Below are positions 35,401 through 47,493 of a stretch of DNA of 64,000 bases, one piece after another (the first letter of the stretch is position 1; each line of letters starts with the position of its first letter). The position numbers were made by a program, and so were the translations under genes. Source of the DNA: Azolla caroliniana (taxonomy: Eukaryota; Plantae; Polypodiophyta); assembly GCA_043228905.1 (NCBI GenBank), contig JBHGNT010000007.1, positions 1,612,001-1,676,000 on the forward strand, read 5' to 3'. The notes below the pieces were generated by a model. That model did not search any database and was not told where the DNA came from. It saw only the letters and a list, made by a program, of their open reading frames with translations.

Positions 35401-36249
35401 GAGTTTCAATAAATTGTCATGGATACCTCATGGGATGATATTGCTCTCCAATAGAGAGAGCTTCAAGAGAAGGTCAAATACCTTTTGTTCGTGGTGGATG
35501 ACTCAAACCCCTCAATGAGGCTATCATTGTCCTTTTTTGTTGAGATAATTGCTTATTTGTCAATAAATTTCAATCTCAAATTTGTTTCACCGTACACCTA
35601 AACTCCTACTCCTATACTTGCATCTTTTGAGGCAAACACTCCAATATCATTGTGAGTGGTTCTTTTAGTTTTTCATGGTTCTAGTATCAATGCAAGTGTA
35701 TTGTTTAATTTTTCTAGGCCTTTTATTTCCTATTTAAAAGAAACATTGTAGAGAATTCCAGATTCATATTCTTGAGGGTTGGGTCACATGATTTGTTGTT
35801 ATCCAATCAAATTATCTAAGTATCAAGAGACATCAGGGGTGGGTTTAAGTAGTTGAAGTCTCTTGGTGGTTGACTATTATTTGTCACATCGTCTAAGTGA
35901 AGTTTTTATCTCGTGTAATACAAATTAAGGGTATCTCTCTTGATAAGACCATTAAAGAGTTTCTAGTTTGAGTATTATCAATTGAGAAAAGTCAGGCTAT
36001 TGGATGCTCTTGTTGAGCTTGACAATGTTGTGTCGCTTCCCATGCTTTTTGACAACATCACATTGGCATTGGTACCCAAGGGACAATCCTAGAGGCAAGG
36101 ATAAAGGGGGCAAGAGATAAAAATGTTGCTATAGGGACAAAATCTTATTGGCTACTATAGTGTGGAAAAGGAAGTTGTAGAGGCAAAGACTTATTAGACA
36201 CTATATATTGAAAAAGGAAGCTGTAGAGGCAAATACTTATTAGTCCAAG

Positions 36250-36468
36250 TTGTGGTGTCCCTATTCTGTCCCAACTACTACTAGGACATAGTTCCCAATC
36301 TGAACTGGACTCAGTAAGTAGCCCAATCCCAGTCCCAAAGAAAGCGCCACATTGGGTTGGGACAACCCAATCCAAATGGGTAGTTCCAAGGGACCACCCA
36401 ATGTCTAGTCCCAACGACCATATTTGGCCTATAAAATGAGGATCCCTCCTCATTTGCAATGATTCTCT

Positions 36469-36544
<76 letters not shown>

Positions 36545-38428
36545 TTCTCTGTGTGTGTTAAATCGTTTGGGAGTTGTCTCGACTCGTCCCAAGTTTGCTT
36601 TTTGGATTGTGGTTTTGTCCCAATTTGGGATGGTTGTAAGATTTTCTTTTTATAATGATATATATGAGCATATTTTTTGTCCCAACTTGTGACTCCCATG
36701 AAATAAGGGTGTAACACTTGGTATCTAAACAAGAACATGAGTTGGGAGAGACATGATGCCAAAAAGGGAAAGGTTGATAGAGGAAAGAGAAAGAGATGGA
36801 AAGAGAGGTAAATGAGAATCAACCATTATCAAGAAGCCACGGAAGTAAGGGAATGAAGTGGAGATCGTGTTAGCACAACTGGTGGAAAACTTGATGAAAC
36901 AATTAAAGGAGCAATAACTAAATGAGACCAAGAAGCGGGTATAGGAGGAGAAATCACACCAAGGAAGCTACAAGAGAGTTCTCTCATGGGAATACATAGG
37001 GATGAGGGAGTCCTCAACACTAGAGAAGTGGATCATAGACATGGAATGTCATTAGAAGTGGTGTGATATATGGCCCCATTTTTGGGTGGAGGTAGTGAGT
37101 GGGTTTCTCATGGATGACCCAGAGGAGTGGTACCTTTGAGAGGTGGAGAAGGTCCTTCGAGAGTTGGGAACATATCATCTCAATAGATGAGCCTTCAAGG
37201 AAGACGGATTAATGAAGTGTTTTCCTGAGAAAACTAGATCTAGATATTTTTATGTATAAGAGAATTATGGAATATATATGACTAATTTAGATGATTGTTA
37301 TAGGTTTTATGGGTTTCTTGATGGATTGTAGCCTTCGATACAAGAAATGGGTATGAAGAAATCAAAGTTGTAGAGCGAGTGGATGATGGGGAGACCACCA
37401 AACACGAAAACCTAGGAGAGAAAGGGGTTCCCCTTGAGAGAGGAGTTCAAGAAGAGTTCGAACAAGAAGAAGAAGATACACTGACCACACAAGAGCAAGT
37501 CAAGGTGGTTCTGATCGAGATTGGCTCAACCATGATGGATGAGCCAAGCATGGAGGAAATGGCTCAAAGGGAATTGGAGCTTGATAGTAAGAGCGAGATC
37601 AAGACTGAGATGGACAACAAGGAAGACCCAATCGGAGAGGTCGAATAAGAAGCGAAGGTGGAAGAAAAATGAGAGCTCAATGTAGAGAAGATCGATGAAG
37701 AGACTAAGGTGGAGAAACTCTTCTAGGGAACCATGAAGTATGAGTTAGGGATCGAGATCGAAGGGAAGGTGGACTCAACCATGGTGGATGAGAAAGAAGA
37801 ACACAAAGAAGTCTTAGAACAAGAGATCAAGATCGAGAAGATAGAGCAAGAGGCTGAGGTGGAGGAGCTCCCAAGACAAGAAATCAAGATAAAAGAGAAC
37901 ACAATCGCAACCAAGGTGGTTGAGAAAGAACAATCCAAGGAACCACATAGCAAGAGATCGAGATTGAAGAAGAGATATGAGAGGGGAAGTCAGAGGAATC
38001 AACACCAACCAATGTTGAGCTAAAGATTGAGAGTGACCCAACCATGGTGAGCTTGATTGAGACTATGGAGCTAAGAGTAAAGGAGGAGGAACTTCCTCTA
38101 AAGGATACGATGACGAAGGACGGGACCAAGCAAGGAGAGGGGACAAAGGAAACCCCTCAAGGGGATCAGAAGAAGAGGATAGAGTGCGACTTGGAGGAGT
38201 CATGGTGGAGAATCCTGTCCCAACTAGGACACAATCCCATAGACTGGGAGTCAGCAAGGGGCCCAAAGAAGGTGATACCTTGGGTTGGGACAACCCAATC
38301 TAGACAAGTAAACCCAACAGACCACCTAATGACTAGTCCCAATGACCATTTTGGCCTATATAATGAACATAGTTTCTCATTTGCAACAGTTCTCTGATTG
38401 AACATCATTTTGGCCTAAGGAGAGTAAC

Positions 38429-38465
<37 letters not shown>

Positions 38466-39641
38466 ATACCCACCCTCACCAACACTATTTGGTCTATGCA
38501 ATGATGAATTGGAAGAAATGGTTACCAAGTTTGCAAAGGAAGAATCTGTTGAAGAAGTTGCCATTGGGAATGTTGTGATTATGCTTTTGCTATATGCAGA
38601 TGATGTAGTGCTTTTTGCAAATACTTTAGGAGATGCACAAAAGCTTATGAAGGTATTGAGATATTAAGTGTTGGGTCCCCAAGAAATATCTTTTCAACAC
38701 TTAATATGGGGTGACACTGGTTCTTCTCTATAGGGTAGAAGTATGGGGCGGTAGCATCCCTAAATCTATGTGGAAAGAGTTTGAAAATGTCCAAAAACAT
38801 TTTCTTATAAAGTTTCTACAAGTTAAGAAACAAATGCCCTACACCCTCCTCCTCCTTGAGATCATGGCCATGGAAAGGGTTGTTGAATACATGCTTAAGG
38901 TTCAAAAAATTCTCTCACATCGACTTCCTAGAATTGCATGGGAAGCAAGCAAAAAGATCCAAAAGACACATAAAAGCAAAATTTTGTGTTCTGGTTGGAT
39001 GCAAGATATAGAAAAATAGTTTGGTAGATGGGATGCGAGACACTTTGATGCATCATTAGATTCCTCTGTAAATGAGGCCTTTTTGCAACGTCAATGTATC
39101 ATGACATGGGACAAATGTGGAGGCTCATGCTTCACACATTATACTACATATGTTGCACCTAACTACAAAACCATATTCTTAGCCGAATGGGGAAACCGTA
39201 CACATCGATACATGTTAGAGCCCATTCCATTGGTTTCCATTCGAACCATTGCCTCCATGTGACTTAGGTCACATGCATTGCGATGTGAGATGGGGCGTTG
39301 GGGCACAAGTGATGAGAGTGGTCGACTATGCACACTTTTCCCTAAACAAGTTCGAGAGTTTGAGGATCACACTTTGATACAATGCTCTGCCTTTGATAAT
39401 ATTCGACCATGCTTTTCACAAATCTTCGATCAATCCCAATCCTTGCACGAATTTGTCTTACAACCACAATGTGCACTCTCGATTGCAACATTCATTGGTA
39501 AAGTTCTTGAACATCAAGAGTTGCTACTCACTTTCACCCGTATCATGTAAAATGTAATATTTTTGGTCTCATAGGTCATATTTTACCTCCAAAGACGATA
39601 ATATAATCTATCTATCTATTTATCACACACATAGACACACA

Positions 39642-39726
<85 letters not shown>

Positions 39727-39953
39727 GCGTAGACACAGACAAACACCCTCTGTGTTAGCTCATTTAGGAGTTGTCTTGACTCATCCTAATGTGGCCCAAC
39801 TTCGAATTTTGGATCATGGTTTTGTCCCAATTTGGGACGGTTGTAATATTTTCTTTTTATAATAAAATATGTGCATGTTTTGTGTCTCAATTTGTGTTCC
39901 AATCATATTTTCAATATGTTTTATGGACCCTCATGAAATAGGGGCAAAAAACA
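36250..39953 (+). mobile_element. Old non-autonomous LTR element whose 3' LTR is interrupted by a LINE
   Basis: LTR1 at about 36250-36716 (...GGGTGTAACA), then a degenerate Met-type PBS TGGTATCTAAAC. Glu-rich decayed gag at 37300-38190. LTR2 at about 38205-38400 plus 39625-39953 shares CTGTCCCAACTA, TTTGGCCTATA, (CA)n and GGTTTTGTCCCAATTTGGGA. Confidence 0.7.
38464..39606 (+). mobile_element. RTEX/L2-like LINE 3' fragment (RT LYADDV, internal deletion, C-terminal CCHC-like)
   Basis: MLLLYADDVVL at about 38581. LRCEMGRW...RLCTL...HTLIQC. Preceded by (TC)n and followed by (TCTA)n/(CA)n. Confidence 0.85.
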
Positions 39954-39984
39954 CAGATAATGTAAAAGACTCTTATCTTAAGCC

Positions 39985-40960
39985 CATGGTTGTTTACGTA
40001 CCTGTATTTAACGTTTAAATATGTATAGTACCTCATCATTTGTATAAAACGTACTATACCTCAATGTTGTTCAATCAAATATCATGTACATTTGTCTAAT
40101 ACAGTATTTAACGTATTTATAAAAAAACAGGTGTAATACGTATTTATAAAGAAAATGTAAGTAAAACCCTAACAAAAAGCAAAAGGAAAAAAAATATTTT
40201 AGTGAAAAAGAAGCCAAGGGAAGGAAGGAAGAAGAATAGAAGAGACGACGATGAAGAAGATGAAGAAGAAGAAGAAGAAGAAGAAGAGAGAAAAGAAGAC
40301 ATAAATCTGTCCTGAGTGTGATAATCGCCGAAGATAGAAGAAGAAGAAGAAGAAAACGAAGAAAAGAGAAACCTATCACGAGTGTGATAGTCGTAGACGA
40401 TTCCTCAATTTATGAAGGCATAATTGTAAATAATTACAATTTGAAGTAGAACATCGTGATACACACTTACACTGATTTATAGAATAAGGGAAAGTCGACA
40501 TCCATATTACTACAATTATTTAAGGATGTGAAATGTTCAAATGTCTTATATGCATTTTAGGATGTAGAACTATATTGTATATCACAAAATTGTGTAAACA
40601 TAGATGTTTTTTACAATATTATAGATATTTTTTAGAAAGGTAAATAATTTTCAAATTCTAGAAGTATCTAACGTACTATACGTAAAATAAATATTTTACG
40701 TATTTTATAAGTATTTAACATATTAAGAAAATGTATTTAACATATTTTTTAATTGAGAGGTACTATACGAGTATTAATACGTTGTCGTAGTGTATTTTGT
40801 ACACTACGTGAAAAACGTATATAGTATTAGATTCAATAAAAAATGAAGAAATAGAAGAAAATAGCAAAATAAATGGAACATGCATAGGGCAAGATTCGAA
40901 CCTTGCACCTCCATGTTAATAATGTAATGTCTTACCATTACACTAGCATTTCATTAGTGT
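39985..40960. mobile_element. Possible abutting CACTA-type termini with TATAGTAC/TATTTAACG subterminal repeats
   Basis: ...GTTGTCGTAGTG ends at 40792 and CACTACGTGAAAAACG starts at 40802. Repeated cgtatttaa/gtactata motifs at 39995-40830. Confidence 0.35.
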
Positions 40961-42235
40961 TAAAGCATAGATGTCCCACATAGAAAGGTAAATTCACGCT
41001 ATAGTTGGAGAAAAAGCATGGATTACTAAGACTTCCTCATCACTACATAAGGATGGGGAGCACAATGTAATTGTGTGTGAAAAATATTTGGAAACTGGAT
41101 ATGTTTCTAAAAAACACCAATTAATAAACTATACTCGTGGGATTCACGAGAATTCTATATCATTCTCTTTCAACCGAAATTTATATTCTTATATTCATAT
41201 TGATTAATCAAATACAATACACTCGTGGGATTCACGAGTTTGCTATAACTCTTTCTTACAACATATTTATATTCTTATTAGCCTTAAAACTCTCCTCTTC
41301 CTAGTCCAAAACCCCGGTGGTTCCCACCCGACTCACGCAACGATCCGGAGCCGAAAGGCACGACAACGTTAAATACATATGGTATTCGTACCGTACCTAA
41401 CATACCTAACAACCTTGCTTAAGCCACCTTTGGGCTTCTTCATCACTTATTCATATTGAGTTAGAGCTTTAGTCCATGTCTATCTCTCTTAGCCCTCATC
41501 CTCATTTTTTTAGCCTTGGATAGTTGAAATGTGGTTCTTCATCTTGAGTGTGGTTTGCTTCCTTATCTATTTAATAATCTTGGGATGTCGTCTTTATTAA
41601 TTTATTTTGTTAATTTACATTTACGTAATTAATTAAATGTGGTGCCATGTGTTAAATTTTTTCATTAAAATGCATTATTTATCGTTTAGTCGAACATAAG
41701 AGTGAGGTAAGCAAGGAGTTCACTAGGGGAGCTAGATCTCTCCATTGAAACACTCAAGAGTTGGTTGACACTTCTCTTCCTTGTCTATAAAAATATTGGG
41801 TGTTACCTTGCCTGATCCATGTGACAATGAGTTGATGATATAAACTCACATTGTAGGTTAAGACCACTATTTAATTATATATCTATAGTGGGGCAAATGT
41901 CTTTTCCATAGACAATCATAGTATGAACCATGCGTACCATTCGTGCATTCGTGTTCGAGAATGATTCAATCATTCGAGAATGATAAACACTCTCGAAGAA
42001 TGATAAATACCATACTTTTGGATAAATGGTTTACTATAAGGTAAACATTTTTTCACGGAAAAAAAATTTAAAAAATTGCAAAAAAAAAACATATTACCTT
42101 CTTAATAACAATATGCTTTTTTTCGTAAATTCTAATAACAACTACCCAAAATGCCTAGTCTCCAAAAAAATCCTCAATGAGGTGTTACATCAAAACGAGC
42201 ATTCCTAATCTTCATTCAAGGTGATATCATCATCT

Positions 42236-42605
42236 TCAAAAATTTCAGACATTACATCACAGAAATTTCAGTGATGAAATTTCAAAAATTTCATCAAGAA
42301 ATTTCTGAAATTATGAAATTTCAAAAATTTTAGTGATGAAATTTCATCATAGAAATTTCAGTGATGAAATTTCAATCAAAATTTCAGAAATTTCAATCAT
42401 CACTGATTCATCACAGAAATTTCAGAAATTTCACGATGAAATTTCAATCAAAATTTCTGAAATTTCAGTGATGATTGAAATTTCAGAAATTTCAATCATC
42501 ACTGAAATTTCGTTGATGAAATTTCATCACAGAAATTTCTGTGATGAAATTTCTGAAATTTCGTGATGAAATTTCTGATTTTTTAGCACAGAAATTTCAT
42601 CACTA
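42236..42605. repeat. Array built from the palindrome GAAATTTC with GTGAT/ATCAC spacers
   Basis: More than 20 GAAATTTC copies, roughly self-complementary overall. Confidence 0.9.
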
Positions 42606-43237
42606 AAATTAAAACCATATTTCTACACTAAATATACCTGAAGGTTGAATGCACTCTGCAGAATTGCAAATCGTTTGAGGCTAGGTTGTAGAGGAGAAGA
42701 GAGCATAACGTTAGTGCAGAGGAAAAGGGAGAAAAGAGGGAAAAATTGAAAAAAAATGAAAAAAAATGAAAAAAAAATGAAAAAAAAATGAAAAAAATGA
42801 AAAAAAAAAACACACGAATATTTGCATATCATTCGTGTTCGTTTTCCAACGTATGAAAACGAATGATATGGCAGACGAACATGAATTTTACGTACTATGT
42901 AGACAATAACTTTGATTCTTAGAACACAATTACTAGCATATCTTGTTAAAGAGTCTAGAATTGATTGGTCATGATATTTCTTATGGATTAGGCCAAAAAA
43001 TATATTGTATACGTTCAATTATATTTAGATGAGACCATATTGAAATTAATAGATTCTGGGACAAATTCCTATTACAGGGATAAAATATCTACTTCTAAGA
43101 GTGAGAACACCACTCTAACTTCAAGGTGTCATTGCCATCGGTAATAGATGCGGTCTTGGCGGTTCACTTGACTCGCCCTCACCAAAAGCTCAATTGTTCC
43201 CCATTTTTTGTTTCTATTTGAGTCTAATAATCATCTT

Positions 43238-44160
43238 CCAAATAAGAATATACTCCATTAGTTAAAATGACATACAATACACAACTTTAGTCCCTTTAAT
43301 GGGTAGTCATTGCCTACTTCCACATGGGTTACATCACTTATTTATCTTACACTCAATAGCCCACATGTTTGTTCTCTATGTTTCTCATGTCATTCACGCC
43401 CCTCTATCATCTAATGGGAGGGGGGAACAACCATCTCGGTACTACATACTGCCAACGTATATGCACTCCAATCTCTACAGCCATTTGTGTAGTACACCAT
43501 AGTTTTCTGAAATTCAGCCTCATAAATTCTGAAGCATCATCTGTTCCATCAAACCGCTCATATTGGGCCCTCAATGTAGTTATTAATGTGTGCCATATTA
43601 GCTTAGTAGATTCTGCAGGAGGCCGTTTGTTTGTTGAAAATACCCTGGTACATCTTGTTGTCCAGATGTTCCATATGATAATGGGTGCAAGCAACATCCA
43701 TAGATCTCCAATTTTCTGCTTCTGGCATTAATTGTAGTTCCATTCTCCCCTCTGTACATTGCTTTGCATGTGCTATCAAATTTCTCCACATCATTATCAA
43801 GACAATTCCAACAAGCATGTCCCCATTTGAGGGTAAATGAGCTAGAGGCATGACATAACAATCGTAATGCCCTTAGCCATACAACCGTTGCCTCATGACA
43901 TTCCCATAGACAATGGGAAATGCTTTCGAGTTGTCCACATGCACTACATCTAGGGTCTACATTGGGGCCTTTAGCCCACGCCCCTACCGGCAAGGCTCTA
44001 TGCACAATAAGCCATAAGCACATCATTATCTTGCGGTCACCACTGTCATGTCATATCATTTTCCAAAATTTAGCTAATCTCCTTTCACTAATGCCCTCTT
44101 GTATCCAAAATTTACGAGCTGCAATATCTTTGTGTTCTTCTTTTAGTATAATTTGCCTCC
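43238..44160 (-). mobile_element. L1-type LINE 3' fragment (zf-RVT)
   Basis: ORFs 43598-44026 (WLIVHRALPVG...CSAC...ESISHCLWEC) and 43407-43697 (WNIWTTRCTRVF). Confidence 0.85.
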
Positions 44161-44169
44161 CGAAAGGAC

Positions 44170-46998
44170 AAAAGAAGAGTTGAGGGCATGAGACAAAAAA
44201 GATTTTGGACAATAAGAAAACCTCAACAATCGCTGCAAGTGAAGAGGAGTTATTGTTTGTCAGCGAATAGAGTTGTGTAAACCTCGCCAGTGATGAATCA
44301 ACTTGGGTTTCTTCTCATCATATACAACCAGTGACTACGGCTATGTGATGATGGGGAATGATGATGCATGCAAGATTGTGGGAATTGGAAATGTATGCTT
44401 GCTGACATGTATAGGTTGCAAAATGTTACTTAACTTAGACGTATGCCATGTTCTGGATATTAGGTTGAATCTAATATCGGATGGACGACTAGATGACGAA
44501 GGTCACTGTGGTAACTTTTAGAATGGAATTTGGAAATTCTGCAAAGGGAACTTGATAGTGACTCGTGCTCAAAAGAAAAATACATTATATTTGATGCATA
44601 CTCGATTGTGCCGAAACGAGATCAATATGGCAGTTGACATTGTCGAGGAGTTGTGGCACAAGAGGCTGGGTCACATGAGTCAAAAGGGGGATGCAAATAC
44701 TTGTGAAAAAGAACTCCTGCCGGAGGTAAAAAAACGTGCATATGGAGAAATGTATTGACTGCCTGCCTAGCAAGCAGAACAGGGCTTCCTTTCATCCTAG
44801 GCCTCCGATGAGGAGGAAAGATGGCATGGAACTAGTACACACCAATGTATGCTATGTAGATGCAAAATCACTTGTTGGTGCACAATACTTTGTTACATTC
44901 ATTGATGACTTCAACCAAAAAATGTGGGCTTTCGTGTTGAAGACAAAGGGCTAGGTGTCTACCTTCAAAGAGTTCCAAGCAAGAGCTGAAGTGAAATCTG
45001 ATGAAAGCTAATGGTCATCCAGATAGACAATTGCGGAGAGTATTGAGGGCAATTTGAGGAGTATTACCAAAGACAAGGAATAAGGATTGAATATATAGTA
45101 CCGACAACTCCGGAGCTAAATGGAATGGCCGAGAGAATGAACCGAATGATCATGGAAAAGGTCAGAAGTGTGATATCATATAGCAAGGTATCAAATATCT
45201 ATTGGGTTGAGGCGTTGGCGACGACCGTTTACATTATAAATAGGTCTCCCTCATTGCCATTAGATGGTGATGTCTCACAAAGGGTGTGGACCAGAAAAGA
45301 TGTGCCATACTGGCATCTGAGGGTGTTCGGATGTTTGGCATATGTGCATGTGGCAAAGGACCAAAGATTGAAATTGGACAACAAAAGCCAACCATGTATT
45401 TTCTTGGGTTACGATGAAGATGAATCTGGCTATAAACTATGGGACCTGATAGACAAGAAGGTCATCAAAAGCCGGGACATAGTCTTCATGGAGGATAAGA
45501 CCATTGTTGACTGGGAAATAGTGAGACCATGATCATCCTTCCATCCGGCCGACAGATGGAGCATTGCGGTCAGTATGAACCTAGAGATAGAGCAGTTGGA
45601 TGTCAAGACTGCATTTCTTCATGGAGATCTAGAGGAAGACATCTACATGTAGCAACTTGAAGGATTTGAAGAGAAGGGAAAAGAAAACCTTGTATGTTGG
45701 CTAAGGAAGAGGTTATATGGGCTGAAACAAACCCCCTTACAATGGTACAAGAAGTTTGAATCCTTCATCATGGACCATAAATTCCACAAGACACAAGCTG
45801 ACCATTGTGGCTTTGTGAAGAAGTATGATGGAGGAGACTTCTTGATCCTCCTGCTGTATGTTGATGATATGCTTGTTGTCGGAAAGGACCTGAAGAAAAT
45901 TGCAAGTCTGAAAAGGGCTTTGAGTAAGTCATTTGCAATGAAAGATATGGGTCCAACAAAGCAAATACTGGGAATGCACATAGTTCGGGACTGGACAAAG
46001 AATATGTTGTGGCTGTGACAAGAGAAATTACATGACAAAGGTGCTCCAGAGATTGAACATGCAGAAAGCCAAGCCAGTCGGCTCTAAATTGTTGACAAAC
46101 AACAAACTGAATGCCAGCCAATGTCCTAAGTCAGAAAGAGATAAAGCTGAGACGAGAAAGATTCCATATGCCTCAGTCGTCGGAAGCCTAATGTATGTCG
46201 GGTATCTACCAAGCTGAACATTGCGTATGACAATCAACCGGTACATGAGAAATCCCGGAAAGGAGCATTAGGTTGCAGTGAAGTGGGTGCTCAAATACCT
46301 AAAAGGAACCTCGAGTGTATCCCTTAGATATGGCTCAGGTAAACCTGTACCCGAAGGGTTTACAAACTCTGACATGTCGGCTGATGTTGATGCCAATAGA
46401 TCCACATTAGGGTATACGATGACTTATGTAGGGGGAGCCGTCTCCTAGTGATCGAGGTTGAAGAAGGTTGTGGCTCTCTCGACCATAGAAGCTGAGTACA
46501 TGGCTATCGTAGAAGCCAACAAGGAAGTTATATGGATGAGAGATTTCATGAGTGAGTTAGGAATGAAGTAGGATCAATTCCTACTACACTACGACAATCA
46601 GAGTGCCATCCATCTTGCAAAGAATGATGCCTATCACTCTTGAACAAAACATATCCAAAGGATATATCATTGGTTATGAGAGAGAGTAGAAGAAAAGGAA
46701 TTCTCTCTTATGAAGATCCATACAAATGATAATGGATCGGACATGTTGACGAAGGCATTGACTATGGACAAGTTGAATGTGTGTTAACTGAAGGTCAGTT
46801 TGGTAAACTTTCTCATACATGAGTAAAGGGGGAGTTTGTTGTGTAGAAGAGGTCCCTCCTGATTGGAGGAGAACCTATCCGGCTAGGAACCGGATGTATG
46901 TCGATTAGTCTGCCTGTGAGCCGGACAAGTATGAGAGTTGGCTCAGTTAGGAGCCAACTTGGACGATCCGACTAAAGCCAACTCATGGCTATATTTGT

Positions 46999-47047
<49 letters not shown>

Positions 47048-47493
47048 GAGAGAGAGAGCTAGGGCAACGTTGTGATGTAGATGAGAGTTGTATAAATTGA
47101 GTGTAGAATTAGAATTAGAACTTTTATCGTCCATAAAGAGGCCAATTGTGACCTATGGGACCAGAGTATACATGTTTTCTTGATATATGTCTCCTTCCTA
47201 AGAAGTGATATTCATACGTTGAAGGACAAAGTCTCTATGTGTTAGTATTAAAGCATACACATATGTGCTCAACCTTCTAGGTGGTGTCTTAAGTATGGCA
47301 CTTAAGTTATCACTCTCTGAAGGTTGTCTCTTTGAGCATTATACATACTATGATATAGTGATTCCCATGGTTTTCCCCATTTAAGGTTTCCACGATAAAA
47401 CTTTGTGTCTCTGTCTTTTTTTTAATTTCGTGCTTCATTGTTATTTCCATCTTTGCTTGCTAGCCGGCTGTGGCCGGCTCCATATTCTCATCA
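44170..47493 (+). mobile_element. Ty1/copia element (Tnt1/Tork-like), 5'-truncated, internally deleted, with 3' LTR
   Basis: LWHKRLGHMS, YFVTFIDD, AERMNR, LRVFGC, EQLDVKTAFLHG, LLLYVDDML and RNase H remnants, in INT-RT-RH order. PPT GAGTAAAGGGGGAG at 46821. LTR at about 46837-47493 (TGTTG...CATCA). Confidence 0.9.

Noticed and set aside
34850-36100. Decayed RT (LFVVDDS-like near 35483)
   Set aside because: No continuous homology is visible by eye. A profile search would be needed.
37379-38397. Glu/Lys-rich host gene
   Set aside because: Fragmented ORFs lying between two related LTRs, downstream of a PBS-like motif.
41130-41400. Ribozyme or structured ncRNA (CTCGTGGGATTCACGAG twice; GC-rich patch at 41310-41370)
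   Set aside because: No hammerhead or HDV core is identifiable, only short hairpins.
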